Origin: a virus
Lineage: Duplodnaviria; Caudoviricetes
DNA length: 40,968 bases
Virus record (IMG/VR): IMGVR_UViG_3300032087_001028
Span: 1-40,968 of that record
Reading direction: 5' to 3' (one strand)
Shown here: positions 27,199 to 37,276 of the stretch, in pieces
How positions within the stretch are numbered: position 1 is the first letter of the stretch
Layout: each line of letters starts with the position of its first letter
The notes under the pieces: model-generated
What the model saw: the letters and a program-made list of their open reading frames with translations, nothing else
What the model was told of the DNA's origin: nothing
Database searches by the model: none
Made by a program: the position numbers and the translations under genes

Positions 27199-30100
27199 AT
27201 GTCAAACGTATATAGTTTAAAATCTCTTGTAGATCAAATGGAATCAGACGGGAGATCTTTTGAAGAAATACAATCATTTATACGCGAATATAAACGTAGA
27301 CAACAATCACAACCTGTGCCAGATATAGTTGGTGTAACTATGGAAGACGTGCCATTAGAAGAATTTGTAGCGCCTGAAAAACCACAATTAAGATATATAA
27401 ATTATCCACAAAAAAATAAAAAAACAGGTGTTACAGAGTTTAAAGTATTATATGAGGACGAATATAATAATATTTATAAAGATCAAGAGGATTATCCTGA
27501 TACGTTTGAAGAGTATGCTAATGGTTTAAATGCTAGCATATACAATGTAGAAGAAATAGAACAAGATATTGAACCAGCAATGGCTGGTGGTTTTAAAAAA
27601 GGAACTGTAGACAAAACACTTGAGGCTTATAAAAAAGAAGTAGCTGAATTAAGAGAGTCTATAACCCCAGAAAATTTTGAAAGAGAAATAATAGATTATA
27701 TATTTCAACCATATATATCAGGGCAAATTACACCAGAACGCGATGTTGATATTACAGAGCTTCCACTAAAAGAAAGATTATTAGAAGCAGGTAGACGAAC
27801 TCTTGCCCCACCAGATCGTTTACCCGCTGATTTAAGAATTTTATTCGATGAAAAAGGTAAAGATAATATTACTATAGAAGATGTTCAAGAAAATTATGGT
27901 GAAGAAATATTTAATTTTATAAATGAAAAAAGAAGAAATAGTGTAACCGCTATTACTAAAAAATATAAAGAAGATTTCGATCTCACTGAAGAAGATGCTG
28001 AGCGTTTAGAGTTTGATAGTTTGCCAGGTGAATTAGGAGTTGCTGCTGAGCAAGTTTCTACATATAATAAAACAGTTAAAGCTAGATATAGAAGAGATTT
28101 AGCTGAAGCGGGATTTACTGATAGAGAAATAGAATCTTTAACAACAAATATGGTACCAGGTCAAACATATAAAATACCTACATTTGAAGGTGAAAGAGAT
28201 GTATTAGACTTGGGAATGAGTAAGGCTGGTAAGTATTCTGCAAAATATCCAGAATATTGGGGAAAGAAAAAATATACATTAGCTAAATTTGATAGAGAAG
28301 CAGAAGTAAATAGATATATAACAAATTCTAATAAGCTTTACGAAAACTATGAAAGAGATCTTCAAAAACAAGTTGCTTTTGTAAATCAAAAATCTGCCCC
28401 ATACATAGAGCAATTAAAAGCTATAGAAACAGAGCTTAGAGTTTTATACGCCACAGGTGAAGCGGCTGATAATAAAACAGCTATTGAAAACTTAAATAGA
28501 AAAAAACAAGAGATAGTAAACAACTATCACCAATCTGGAATAAAAAAAGACCAAGAAGTTTTAAACAATAACATGCAGTTTGCTTTAGATTATGCTAACC
28601 AGTTAGAAAAAACAAGTGAAGAATTAGATGATTTAAACTTAATGATGTATAGTTCTAAGCTTAACTATGACATGTTTGATAGGCTTTTAGCAAATCTAAA
28701 TCGTGATATTTTAACTATTCCTGTTTTAGCTATGACTACAGCTGGCTCATTAACAGTTGGTAATTTAATGGATTTATTTGATCCAGCCGGTGGTAACGCT
28801 AAGGCAATGTTTAACGCAGGTATAGATTATTATGCTTTAGCATCAGAAAAATCTAAAGAGTTTGCTCCAGCAATGTCAATTACAGAAGTAGGATCTTTAG
28901 GTGATTTTGGCGCTTGGTCATTAAATACTATAGTTGATGGTGCTCCTAGTATTTTAGCTGTACTTGGTCCTCAAGCTGGAGCAAGAATAACTACCAAAGC
29001 ACTTACTAAAGGCTTAACGACTTCTGCTAAAGATATAGCAAAGAAAAATATTATACAGCAAACAGCTCTTAAAAACGCTTCTAAATTATCACTGGGTTTA
29101 TTTTTTGGTATGTCAGGAGGTGGTAAATTTGGTGAGTTAGAAACTTCATGGAGAAATGCTGAAGAAAATATTAAAAACTTAAGAGCTCAAATAGATAATA
29201 CTAATGATTTAAATTTAAAACAAGATTTACTACAACAGTTAGATTATTACGAGGATGCAGCTGATTCTGCTAGATGGCAGAGAGCTTTAACAGGTGCTTT
29301 TTACGGTGGAGTAGAAATGTTTACTGAAAGATTAGGTACATTAAGATATATTAATGGTATACAAAAAGTAAATAAATATTCTAGACGAACTGGTATTCAA
29401 GATACATTTGTAAAGGGTTGGACTACAAGCAAGTACTGGAAAAATAGATTTAAGCAGTTTGGTTACGGCACGTTACAAACTGGAAAAAATGTAGGTATAG
29501 AAACTGTAGAAGAAATAGCTGCTCAAATGGGTCAAAACATGATGGATAAAGTAATCATGGGTAACACAAAATCTATAATGGAAGGTGTTGATATAGACTT
29601 AATGAGTAGAAGCGCAATGATAAGTCTTGGCTTACAGTCTCCTCAATTACTTGGTAATGTTAATAATATTTTTCAAAATGAATTAAGTACTTACAGACAA
29701 GTAAAACAAAACCGATTAGATACAACAAGGCTTCTAGAAATAGAACAACAACTTGAACAAAACAATTTATCAAGAGCTGAGATTAATTTATTACAGAATG
29801 AAAAGAAAGCGATTCAAGATAAGTTAGTATTAGGAGGTTTTATGACTTACCAGAAATGGGGTGCAATGTCTAAAGAAGAAAAACTTCAGTATATTCAAGA
29901 TCGAGAAGCTTTAAATTTTAAAGAACAGCAATATTATCAAATGATTTCTAACCCTAGATTTGGTGAGAAAGGATTTAGAGAGACATTGAATTCAATGGAA
30001 AAAGAAATAATAAAAGATAATGAAAAGCTAGGTGAGTATTTAAATAATAAAAAATATAAAGAATATAAAGAGTTTACTAAAAACTTAGAAGGAACAGGTA

Positions 30101-33100
30101 AAATGCTTACTAATCCTACTATAGCTGCGGCTAATATTGATTTATATACAGCTGCTTTAGAATTAGCAAACCATCATTACGATGGAGAAACAATTGTTCT
30201 TGATAGCAATCAAGCTATTGAAGATTATATTAATGAAAACAATTTAGATCAAACAGTTGCTGATAAAATAAGAAATTCTAATGCTTTTGTGTATGGTGAT
30301 AAAATGGTTATTAACCAACCAAAAATATATGGTTCAATAGCGGGTCAAATGGCTATTACAGAACTTGGCGCTATAGTTAATTTACAAACAGAAAGTAATT
30401 TTGAAAGATTTAGAGCTGCTATATCTCCACTACATGAGTTAACTCACATGGAAATAAATAGTAAAAAAGTATTTAGTGATTTATTTCCTGAAGCAAAAGC
30501 CGCTGCAACAAGTGTTATTGATGTGCTTGGCAAGCAAGTTCAAAAAGGAAAATTAAAAGAAGAAGTTTTTAATAATATTAAAAATGTTCTTGATAAAGCA
30601 TACACAGATGAAAATGGCGTTGTAGATGTAGACGAAATATTAACTACATTAAGTGAGTCTATGATCGCTGGTGACATTACGCAAAGCATGTTTGCAGAAA
30701 TGTATGGTATGAAATATTTTTTAAACGGTATGTTTAGAAAAGCATTTCCTAAAATAGCATCTATTGTTAGTCCATTTAAAACAGCTAATGACATGTTTAA
30801 TTTTGTTAGTAATTTTGTTGACAAAAAAACAAGCTATGTAAGATCTGCTGTTATGGTTCCTGAAGAAGAGAAACAAACCGTGCAAACTTCTGCGGCTATG
30901 GATATGATGAGAGAGCTTACCAATGAAGAGTTGGTTGAAGTAATTAAATCACCATCTACATCACAAGCGCAAAGGCAAGCAGCTGAAAATGTTTTATTCG
31001 ATGCGTCTGGTAAAATAGGTTTAAAAGCTATTGGATATGATACTCGTAAAGGTGACATATCTAGAGAAAATGTATTAGCTGAGATACAAGCTGAAATAGT
31101 TAAAAGAGATTTAATAAATAAGTTTACTCCAGTAGATCCTAAAACAGGTGAAGCTAGAACATGGAGCACATATGTAGGTAATCAAATAGGTTTTGAAGCT
31201 CCTAATATTTTTGAAAAAGCTAAAACAATAGCAAGAGAGGGTGAGCGTATAGATAGACCAGAGGCTAGACAAGTAGCTGAAGAACAAGTTGAACCAACAA
31301 GAGAAGCGCCAGAAGTAAAACCAACTATAGATATATTTACTATATTACCAGAAGAAGTTAGACAAGAGGCTCAAGAAGAAGTTGATAGAAAAATAAAAGA
31401 AAACAATATTGATATAAGTGATAAAGAGTTATCTTTTAAAGAACTAAAACAAATAGCTCCTTATGAAACGCTTGCTAAATTTTTTAATATACCTGTATCT
31501 CGTATTACAAATCCAAAAGATAATCTAAGAAAAGGAGATAACATATCTGAGGTACAAAGATATATACTAAAAAACATTGATAGACTTATCAATACAAGAC
31601 CACAAGGTAATGCAGAAACAATACAGACGCAAGCGTTTGGAGGTGTTAAAGCTAAGTTAGAAGGTGGTGAATCAACAGGCTTATCTAGAAAATTTTTAAA
31701 TACAGAGTATGACAAGGTATTAGATGCTCAGGGTAAACAAGTAAAAATAAATAACAATTTACAATATAAGTTAAGACCAGGTAATAGAACTAGATTTTTA
31801 GAAGCTAGTGGTATTACAAACAATAAAGTTAATCCTGATTTTACTCCAAGATCTGGTGAGTCTCAATTTATTAAAGGTGTTTTAGAAATACTAGCTAGAA
31901 ACATGGGGCTTAGCTCGTTTGGTAAATATGTTAATGAGCAAGCTGATGCTGGTGTGGTTGAAAAACCTAGAGCCGTAAAAGTTAGAGCTAAAGCAGCTGC
32001 TGGCAAAGCTCCGCTACTTAAATTTAGTACGCCAGTGTTTACCGGTATGGCAGATAACTGGAACAATATATTAGCTACTGGTAAAATTAAACCTATTGAT
32101 TTAAAGACTGAAGAAGGTAGAGCAGAGTTTAAATCATGGTTGTTAACAGAAGCTCCTAAATATATGACAGAAGCCTTCATGAAAAACTATGGTACTTTTA
32201 CTGGAACTACAGATGGTTTAACTATAGAAGAACTTGGTATAGTTAATGGTAAGTATGTAGAAGAAGGAGATAAGTTTCTTGTAACTTATTTTGATGAGTC
32301 GGGTAAAACAAGAAGATTAAGAGACTATGCTGGTAACTTTGCTTTTTTAAATAACGATGAAGTTGAAGCTCTTATAAATAATATAGAGTCGTTTGCTAAA
32401 GAAGATTCTGATATTACAGCGGCTGTAACTAGAGACACATATACAAATATAGAAAACAAACTTAATAATAAAGAATTTGTTGATCGACAAGATAAAAAAA
32501 TAAAAGGTTTGTTTAAAATATTTCAATCTTTTCAACAAATGATGAAAGATGATAAAGCTAATATACCTTTCGTAGCAGCTTTATTATCTTCTACAAGTGC
32601 TTATCAAGGTCACTTTATTAGAACATCTGCGCCTATTAGATTTTATAGCGTAAACAGACAAGGTGGAATAACTGAAGAACACACGTTACCAGCTAGTATG
32701 GTTGCTAAATATTTATTTATACAAGCGGCTAATGGTACTTTGAATGATAAAACATTTGATGGTGTAAGAAAAAATTATTTCCAAGGTGGTTTAAGAAAGT
32801 ATGATGATAAAAAATTAAAAGGTATAGGTGTTGACGGTAGAAAATATAACTACGTAGCTCAAGCTCCAGAAGGTTGGACATTAGATCAGAGTATATGGTT
32901 AAGGTATTTTAATCCTAATGTAGCAAACACTAGAGGTGGTATTGATCCTAATAGTATTATGCTAGCTAATAACCAAACTGCAGCTGAACTATTAAATTTA
33001 AATGTTAAAGGACAACCAACTACTCAAGCTATAAATAAAGCTGAAATAAAAGTAGCACCAAAAAATAATAAAAAGCAACCTAAAATTAGTCAATTTAGTA

Positions 33101-35733
33101 AACCGGTTTCTAATCAAACTGTTATAGATAATATGACTAACATTGACAAAGCTTTAGACAATGCTAGAGATATTAATGCAGAGCAAAAAGGTATAAGCAT
33201 ATATGATTTTGATGATACACTAGCTTTTAGTGCTAGTAAAGTTATTGTTAAAATGCCAGATGGTACTACTAAAAAAATAACACCAGCTGAGTTTGCCGTG
33301 CAAGATGAAAAATTAAAGTTTGATGGAGCTGAGTTTGACTTTAGCGAGTTTACTAAAGTGGTTAAAGGTAGACCAGGACCATTAGTTCCTAGGCTTAAAA
33401 AAGCAATTGATAAGTTTGGTAATAAAAATATATTTGTTTTAACAGCTAGACCTCAAGCATCAGCAGAAGCTATACACGATTTCTTAAAAGGTATTGGATT
33501 AGAAATACCATTGGATAATATAACTGGTTTAGAAGATGGTACTCCTCAAGCTAAAGCAAACTGGGTTATAAGTAAAGCTGCTGAGGGTTATAATGATTTT
33601 TACTTTGTAGATGATTCAATTAAAAATGTTAAAGCTGTAGCAAAAGTACTAGATCAAGTTGATGTTAACTCTAAAGTTCAACAAGCTAAAATAAGATTTA
33701 GCAAATCATTAGACGCAGACTTCAACAAAATGATTGAAGGTAAAACAGGTATTGGCGCTCAAAAAGAATACTCAGCTGCTAAAGCTCAAGTTGTAGGTGC
33801 TAGTAAAGGTAGGTTTAAATTCTTCATTCCTCCATCAGCTGATGATTTTGTAGGGTTAATGTATTCATTGTTAGGTAAAGGTAAAGAAGGTGATGCTCAA
33901 ATGGCTTGGCTTAAAACACATTTACTTAATCCTTATGCTAGAGGTATGGCTAGTATTTCTAGAGATAGAATTGCTATGCAAAATGATTATAAAGCTCTTA
34001 AAAAAGAACTTGGTATTGTTCCTAAAAATTTAAGAAAGAAAATGCCTGGTGAAGATTTTACTATTGAGCAAGCTGTAAGAGTTTATATTTGGAATAAACA
34101 AGGCATGAATATACCTGGTCTTTCAAAAACAGATTTAAAAGAATTAAATGATTTTATAACTAGTAGTAAAGACTTACAGATATTTGCCGACAACTTACTT
34201 AATATATTAAAAGGAGAACAGTATGCTAAACCAAGAGCTGGTTGGTTAGCTGGAACTATAACAACTGATTTACTTGAAACATTAAATACTACTAAACGAG
34301 CAAAGTATTTAGAAGAGTGGCAGAATAATGTTGACATTATATTTTCTGAAAAAAATATGAACAAGCTTGAGGCTGCTTTTGGTAAACCATATAGAGAAGC
34401 TTTAGAAAACATGCTACAAAGAATGAAGTCTGGTAGAAATAGAAACTTCTCTGGTGATAGTTTAACAGGTAAATTTACAGACTGGTTAACAAATAGTATT
34501 GGTACTATAATGTTCTTTAATACTAGATCGGCACTACTTCAAACTATATCAGCTGTAAACTTTATAAACTTTAGTGATAATAACATACTAGCCGCTGGTC
34601 AAGCATTTGCAAACCAAAAACAATTTTGGAAAGATTTTATGTTCTTAATGAACTCAGACTTTTTAAAAGAAAGAAGAGGTGGTTTAAGGTTTAACGTAAA
34701 CGAAAGTGATATAGCAGATATGGCTAAGCAAGGTGGGCCAAGAGCTATTATATCTAAAATGTTAGAGTTTGGATTCTTACCTACGCAAATAGCTGATAGT
34801 TTTGCTATTGCATCTGGTGGTGCATCAATGTATAGAAACAGAATTAAAACATATCTTAAACAGGGTATGGATCAGAAAGAAGCAGAGGAAAAAGCTTTCT
34901 TAGATTTTAGAGAAATAGCAGAAGAATCTCAGCAGTCTAGTAGACCTGATAGAATATCAATGCAGCAAGCTGGACCATTAGGTAGAATGATATTAGCATT
35001 TGGTAACACACCTATGCAGTACAACAGATTGATAGGTAAAGCTATATCTGATCTTAGAAATAAAAGAGGTGATTGGAGAACTAATGTTTCTAAAATAATA
35101 TATTATGCGTTTGTACAAAACTTAATATTTACAGCTACACAACAAGCGTTGTTTGCTATTGGATTTGGAGACAGTGATGAAGAAGAAAAAGAAAAAGACG
35201 AAAAGATGGTTAGCATTGCTAACAGTATGAGCGATACATTATTAAGAGGTTTAGGTTTTGGAGGTGCTGTAGTTTCTGTAGTTAAAAATGCTATACTAAG
35301 AGCTAAAAAAGAAAGTGAAAAGGATAGGCCTAACTATGAAAAGATAGCTTATGAAATTGGTAGGTTATCTCCACCTATATCTTCTAAGCTTTCAAGAATA
35401 AATCAAGCTGCTAGATCTTATCAATGGGACAAAGATAAAATGGAAACAATGGGATTTGATGTACAAAACCCAGCATTTTTAGCTGCTGCAAATGTTATAT
35501 CGGCCGCAACAAACGTTCCAATAGATAGAGCAATAAGAAAAATGATAAACATAGACGATGCATTTACTCAAGACTTAATGATGTGGGAAAGACTTGCGTT
35601 GTTAGGGGGTTGGCAAGCGTGGGAAATAGGTATTGATAAAGATCCTGCGACTAAAAATAAAAATAAAGTTAAAACAAATAAACTTAAATTAAGATCTGGA
35701 TTAAAAATAAAAGGAATAAAACTAAAAAACTAG
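27199..35733 (+). CDS. Giant (2844 aa) putative ejected polyvalent protein with zincin, sigma-like, HNH-like and HAD modules
   Basis: HELTH at 30433-30447, sigma region 2-like segment at 30904-31200, EHTLP at 32677-32691, HAD DFDDTL at 33205-33222 with LTAR and FVDD motifs, and a helical C-terminal region. Confidence 0.75.
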   Translation: MSNVYSLKSLVDQMESDGRSFEEIQSFIREYKRRQQSQPVPDIVGVTMEDVPLEEFVAPEKPQLRYINYPQKNKKTGVTEFKVLYEDEYNNIYKDQEDYPDTFEEYANGLNASIYNVEEIEQDIEPAMAGGFKKGTVDKTLEAYKKEVAELRESITPENFEREIIDYIFQPYISGQITPERDVDITELPLKERLLEAGRRTLAPPDRLPADLRILFDEKGKDNITIEDVQENYGEEIFNFINEKRRNSVTAITKKYKEDFDLTEEDAERLEFDSLPGELGVAAEQVSTYNKTVKARYRRDLAEAGFTDREIESLTTNMVPGQTYKIPTFEGERDVLDLGMSKAGKYSAKYPEYWGKKKYTLAKFDREAEVNRYITNSNKLYENYERDLQKQVAFVNQKSAPYIEQLKAIETELRVLYATGEAADNKTAIENLNRKKQEIVNNYHQSGIKKDQEVLNNNMQFALDYANQLEKTSEELDDLNLMMYSSKLNYDMFDRLLANLNRDILTIPVLAMTTAGSLTVGNLMDLFDPAGGNAKAMFNAGIDYYALASEKSKEFAPAMSITEVGSLGDFGAWSLNTIVDGAPSILAVLGPQAGARITTKALTKGLTTSAKDIAKKNIIQQTALKNASKLSLGLFFGMSGGGKFGELETSWRNAEENIKNLRAQIDNTNDLNLKQDLLQQLDYYEDAADSARWQRALTGAFYGGVEMFTERLGTLRYINGIQKVNKYSRRTGIQDTFVKGWTTSKYWKNRFKQFGYGTLQTGKNVGIETVEEIAAQMGQNMMDKVIMGNTKSIMEGVDIDLMSRSAMISLGLQSPQLLGNVNNIFQNELSTYRQVKQNRLDTTRLLEIEQQLEQNNLSRAEINLLQNEKKAIQDKLVLGGFMTYQKWGAMSKEEKLQYIQDREALNFKEQQYYQMISNPRFGEKGFRETLNSMEKEIIKDNEKLGEYLNNKKYKEYKEFTKNLEGTGKMLTNPTIAAANIDLYTAALELANHHYDGETIVLDSNQAIEDYINENNLDQTVADKIRNSNAFVYGDKMVINQPKIYGSIAGQMAITELGAIVNLQTESNFERFRAAISPLHELTHMEINSKKVFSDLFPEAKAAATSVIDVLGKQVQKGKLKEEVFNNIKNVLDKAYTDENGVVDVDEILTTLSESMIAGDITQSMFAEMYGMKYFLNGMFRKAFPKIASIVSPFKTANDMFNFVSNFVDKKTSYVRSAVMVPEEEKQTVQTSAAMDMMRELTNEELVEVIKSPSTSQAQRQAAENVLFDASGKIGLKAIGYDTRKGDISRENVLAEIQAEIVKRDLINKFTPVDPKTGEARTWSTYVGNQIGFEAPNIFEKAKTIAREGERIDRPEARQVAEEQVEPTREAPEVKPTIDIFTILPEEVRQEAQEEVDRKIKENNIDISDKELSFKELKQIAPYETLAKFFNIPVSRITNPKDNLRKGDNISEVQRYILKNIDRLINTRPQGNAETIQTQAFGGVKAKLEGGESTGLSRKFLNTEYDKVLDAQGKQVKINNNLQYKLRPGNRTRFLEASGITNNKVNPDFTPRSGESQFIKGVLEILARNMGLSSFGKYVNEQADAGVVEKPRAVKVRAKAAAGKAPLLKFSTPVFTGMADNWNNILATGKIKPIDLKTEEGRAEFKSWLLTEAPKYMTEAFMKNYGTFTGTTDGLTIEELGIVNGKYVEEGDKFLVTYFDESGKTRRLRDYAGNFAFLNNDEVEALINNIESFAKEDSDITAAVTRDTYTNIENKLNNKEFVDRQDKKIKGLFKIFQSFQQMMKDDKANIPFVAALLSSTSAYQGHFIRTSAPIRFYSVNRQGGITEEHTLPASMVAKYLFIQAANGTLNDKTFDGVRKNYFQGGLRKYDDKKLKGIGVDGRKYNYVAQAPEGWTLDQSIWLRYFNPNVANTRGGIDPNSIMLANNQTAAELLNLNVKGQPTTQAINKAEIKVAPKNNKKQPKISQFSKPVSNQTVIDNMTNIDKALDNARDINAEQKGISIYDFDDTLAFSASKVIVKMPDGTTKKITPAEFAVQDEKLKFDGAEFDFSEFTKVVKGRPGPLVPRLKKAIDKFGNKNIFVLTARPQASAEAIHDFLKGIGLEIPLDNITGLEDGTPQAKANWVISKAAEGYNDFYFVDDSIKNVKAVAKVLDQVDVNSKVQQAKIRFSKSLDADFNKMIEGKTGIGAQKEYSAAKAQVVGASKGRFKFFIPPSADDFVGLMYSLLGKGKEGDAQMAWLKTHLLNPYARGMASISRDRIAMQNDYKALKKELGIVPKNLRKKMPGEDFTIEQAVRVYIWNKQGMNIPGLSKTDLKELNDFITSSKDLQIFADNLLNILKGEQYAKPRAGWLAGTITTDLLETLNTTKRAKYLEEWQNNVDIIFSEKNMNKLEAAFGKPYREALENMLQRMKSGRNRNFSGDSLTGKFTDWLTNSIGTIMFFNTRSALLQTISAVNFINFSDNNILAAGQAFANQKQFWKDFMFLMNSDFLKERRGGLRFNVNESDIADMAKQGGPRAIISKMLEFGFLPTQIADSFAIASGGASMYRNRIKTYLKQGMDQKEAEEKAFLDFREIAEESQQSSRPDRISMQQAGPLGRMILAFGNTPMQYNRLIGKAISDLRNKRGDWRTNVSKIIYYAFVQNLIFTATQQALFAIGFGDSDEEEKEKDEKMVSIANSMSDTLLRGLGFGGAVVSVVKNAILRAKKESEKDRPNYEKIAYEIGRLSPPISSKLSRINQAARSYQWDKDKMETMGFDVQNPAFLAAANVISAATNVPIDRAIRKMINIDDAFTQDLMMWERLALLGGWQAWEIGIDKDPATKNKNKVKTNKLKLRSGLKIKGIKLKN

Positions 35734-35739
35734 CTATGC

Positions 35740-36063
35740 GTGAAAAAAATACTTGTCCTATTTGCGGTGGTACTTGTGGATTGTGCTAGTACACAATCAA
35801 TAGGAACTGATAAATACTATCACTTTGCGGCTGGAGCAGCTACAGAAGTGGTAGGACATAAAATGGATTTAACTCCTACAAGCGCTGCTTTTGCCGTAGG
35901 ATTTGCAAAAGAATTATATGACTACGCTGACTATGGTAAATTTGATGCTAAAGATCTGTTAGCAACATGGTTAGGTGGGGTTGTTATTAACTATATAATA
36001 AAAGTAAAAAATGAAAGAAAAAATAAAAAAAGTAATAGACAAAATCCAAGAGGGTTGGAATAA
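35740..36063 (+). CDS. Small membrane/lipoprotein-like protein (YfiM/DUF2279-like motifs)
   Basis: GTG start, signal-like MKKILVLFAVVLVDC, then DKYYHF, KELYD and DAKDL motifs. Confidence 0.55.
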   Translation: MKKILVLFAVVLVDCASTQSIGTDKYYHFAAGAATEVVGHKMDLTPTSAAFAVGFAKELYDYADYGKFDAKDLLATWLGGVVINYIIKVKNERKNKKSNRQNPRGLE

Positions 36064-36100
36064 ATTATTATACAAACTAATGTTTAAAAAATACAAATAA
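36011..36100 (+). CDS. 29-aa cationic amphipathic peptide (not in ORF track)
   Basis: MKEKIKKVIDKIQEGWNKLLYKLMFKKYK*. A-rich leader; the stop is coupled (TAATG) to the next gene. Confidence 0.6.
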   Translation: MKEKIKKVIDKIQEGWNKLLYKLMFKKYK

Positions 36101-37275
36101 TGAAAAAACTATTTACCATAACACTATTTTTATTTAGTTTAACTTTAAATTCTCAAAATATTTTTAAAGATTTATATAAAGATTTTTTAAAATATGGGAC
36201 TATATATATAGCTGGTGATATAGATAATCCTAAAGAAGAAGTAAAAGATTATTTCGTTAGAACAAATCCTAACGGTAATTTATATTCTGCACCTGTAGTA
36301 GTTGATGGCACAGACTATTATGACTACGATTATAGATATGGTTTTGGTATACGTAAATTAGCTAGGTTTGATTACGAAGTAAAAGGTAAACAATACTACG
36401 ATGGAACAGAAAGCAACGTAGGTTTATCTGCCACTAACTCACCTGTAAAAGGTTTGGAATATGTATTTCATACTGAAAAAGAAAGATCTAGAGATGAAGT
36501 ATTTAAAAACCATAGATACTTTATTAAACATAGTGGTAAAAACCACATGGTTAAATTAGAAAGTAGAGCACAAGGTAAAGTTGATTTTAAATATAAATCA
36601 GCAGAGATTAGAGCTAAACTACCTATTGGTAAAAAGTTTAGCGTGTCTGCTGGAGCTATGTATCGTACACATGAAAGACCATATGGTTATAATCCAGTAG
36701 AAATATGGTTAAACGAAACAAATGAGTTAGGGCAAATTGTAAATCCATGGTATACGCTAGGATTTATGTATGGCTATGACGATATATATTACACACAACA
36801 AGATCAATTTGGAAACGAAATATCTGATTGGTATTGGATAGATGAAGAAGGTACTATCGTAGCTAATACTGATCTTGAATTTAGAGATACAGTATTTGCT
36901 GAATTAATGAATCGATATAATCACGAAGTATGGGACGAACTAGATGCGTTTGGAGTATTATCTCCAGTGATCGGTTTTGACTACTACCATTATAAAAATA
37001 ACTTCTGGCTTCACGCTTATGGTTCTTACTTACTACCATATCATAAATATGTTAAAGGCGATGAAGACTTTAGTTATTTAAATAGAAATAATTGGGGACT
37101 TGGAGGTTTAGTACAAGACTCAGAGTTAGAACAATGGGAGGATTATCAAGCTGGTATAGTGTTTGGATGGAAACTAAGTAAATCAATTGGTGTATTTGTT
37201 GAAGGTGAGTATACAAAATTTTGGGATAGTAAAATATACAACGGATCTGTAGGATTAAATATAACATTAAAATAA
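36100..37275 (+). CDS. Secreted, putative outer-membrane beta-barrel protein
   Basis: Sec signal MKKLFTITLFLFSLTLNS/Q, and alternating aromatic strands (GFDYYHY, GIVFGWKL, GVFVEGEY, SVGLNITL). Confidence 0.55.
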   Translation: MKKLFTITLFLFSLTLNSQNIFKDLYKDFLKYGTIYIAGDIDNPKEEVKDYFVRTNPNGNLYSAPVVVDGTDYYDYDYRYGFGIRKLARFDYEVKGKQYYDGTESNVGLSATNSPVKGLEYVFHTEKERSRDEVFKNHRYFIKHSGKNHMVKLESRAQGKVDFKYKSAEIRAKLPIGKKFSVSAGAMYRTHERPYGYNPVEIWLNETNELGQIVNPWYTLGFMYGYDDIYYTQQDQFGNEISDWYWIDEEGTIVANTDLEFRDTVFAELMNRYNHEVWDELDAFGVLSPVIGFDYYHYKNNFWLHAYGSYLLPYHKYVKGDEDFSYLNRNNWGLGGLVQDSELEQWEDYQAGIVFGWKLSKSIGVFVEGEYTKFWDSKIYNGSVGLNITLK

Positions 37276-37276
37276 A

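Noticed and set aside
33202-33222. DFDD as a possible virion RNA polymerase DxDxD catalytic motif (crAss-like)
   Set aside because: It reads DFDDTL and is followed by HAD motifs II-IV. I saw no DxDxD motif in an RNA polymerase context.
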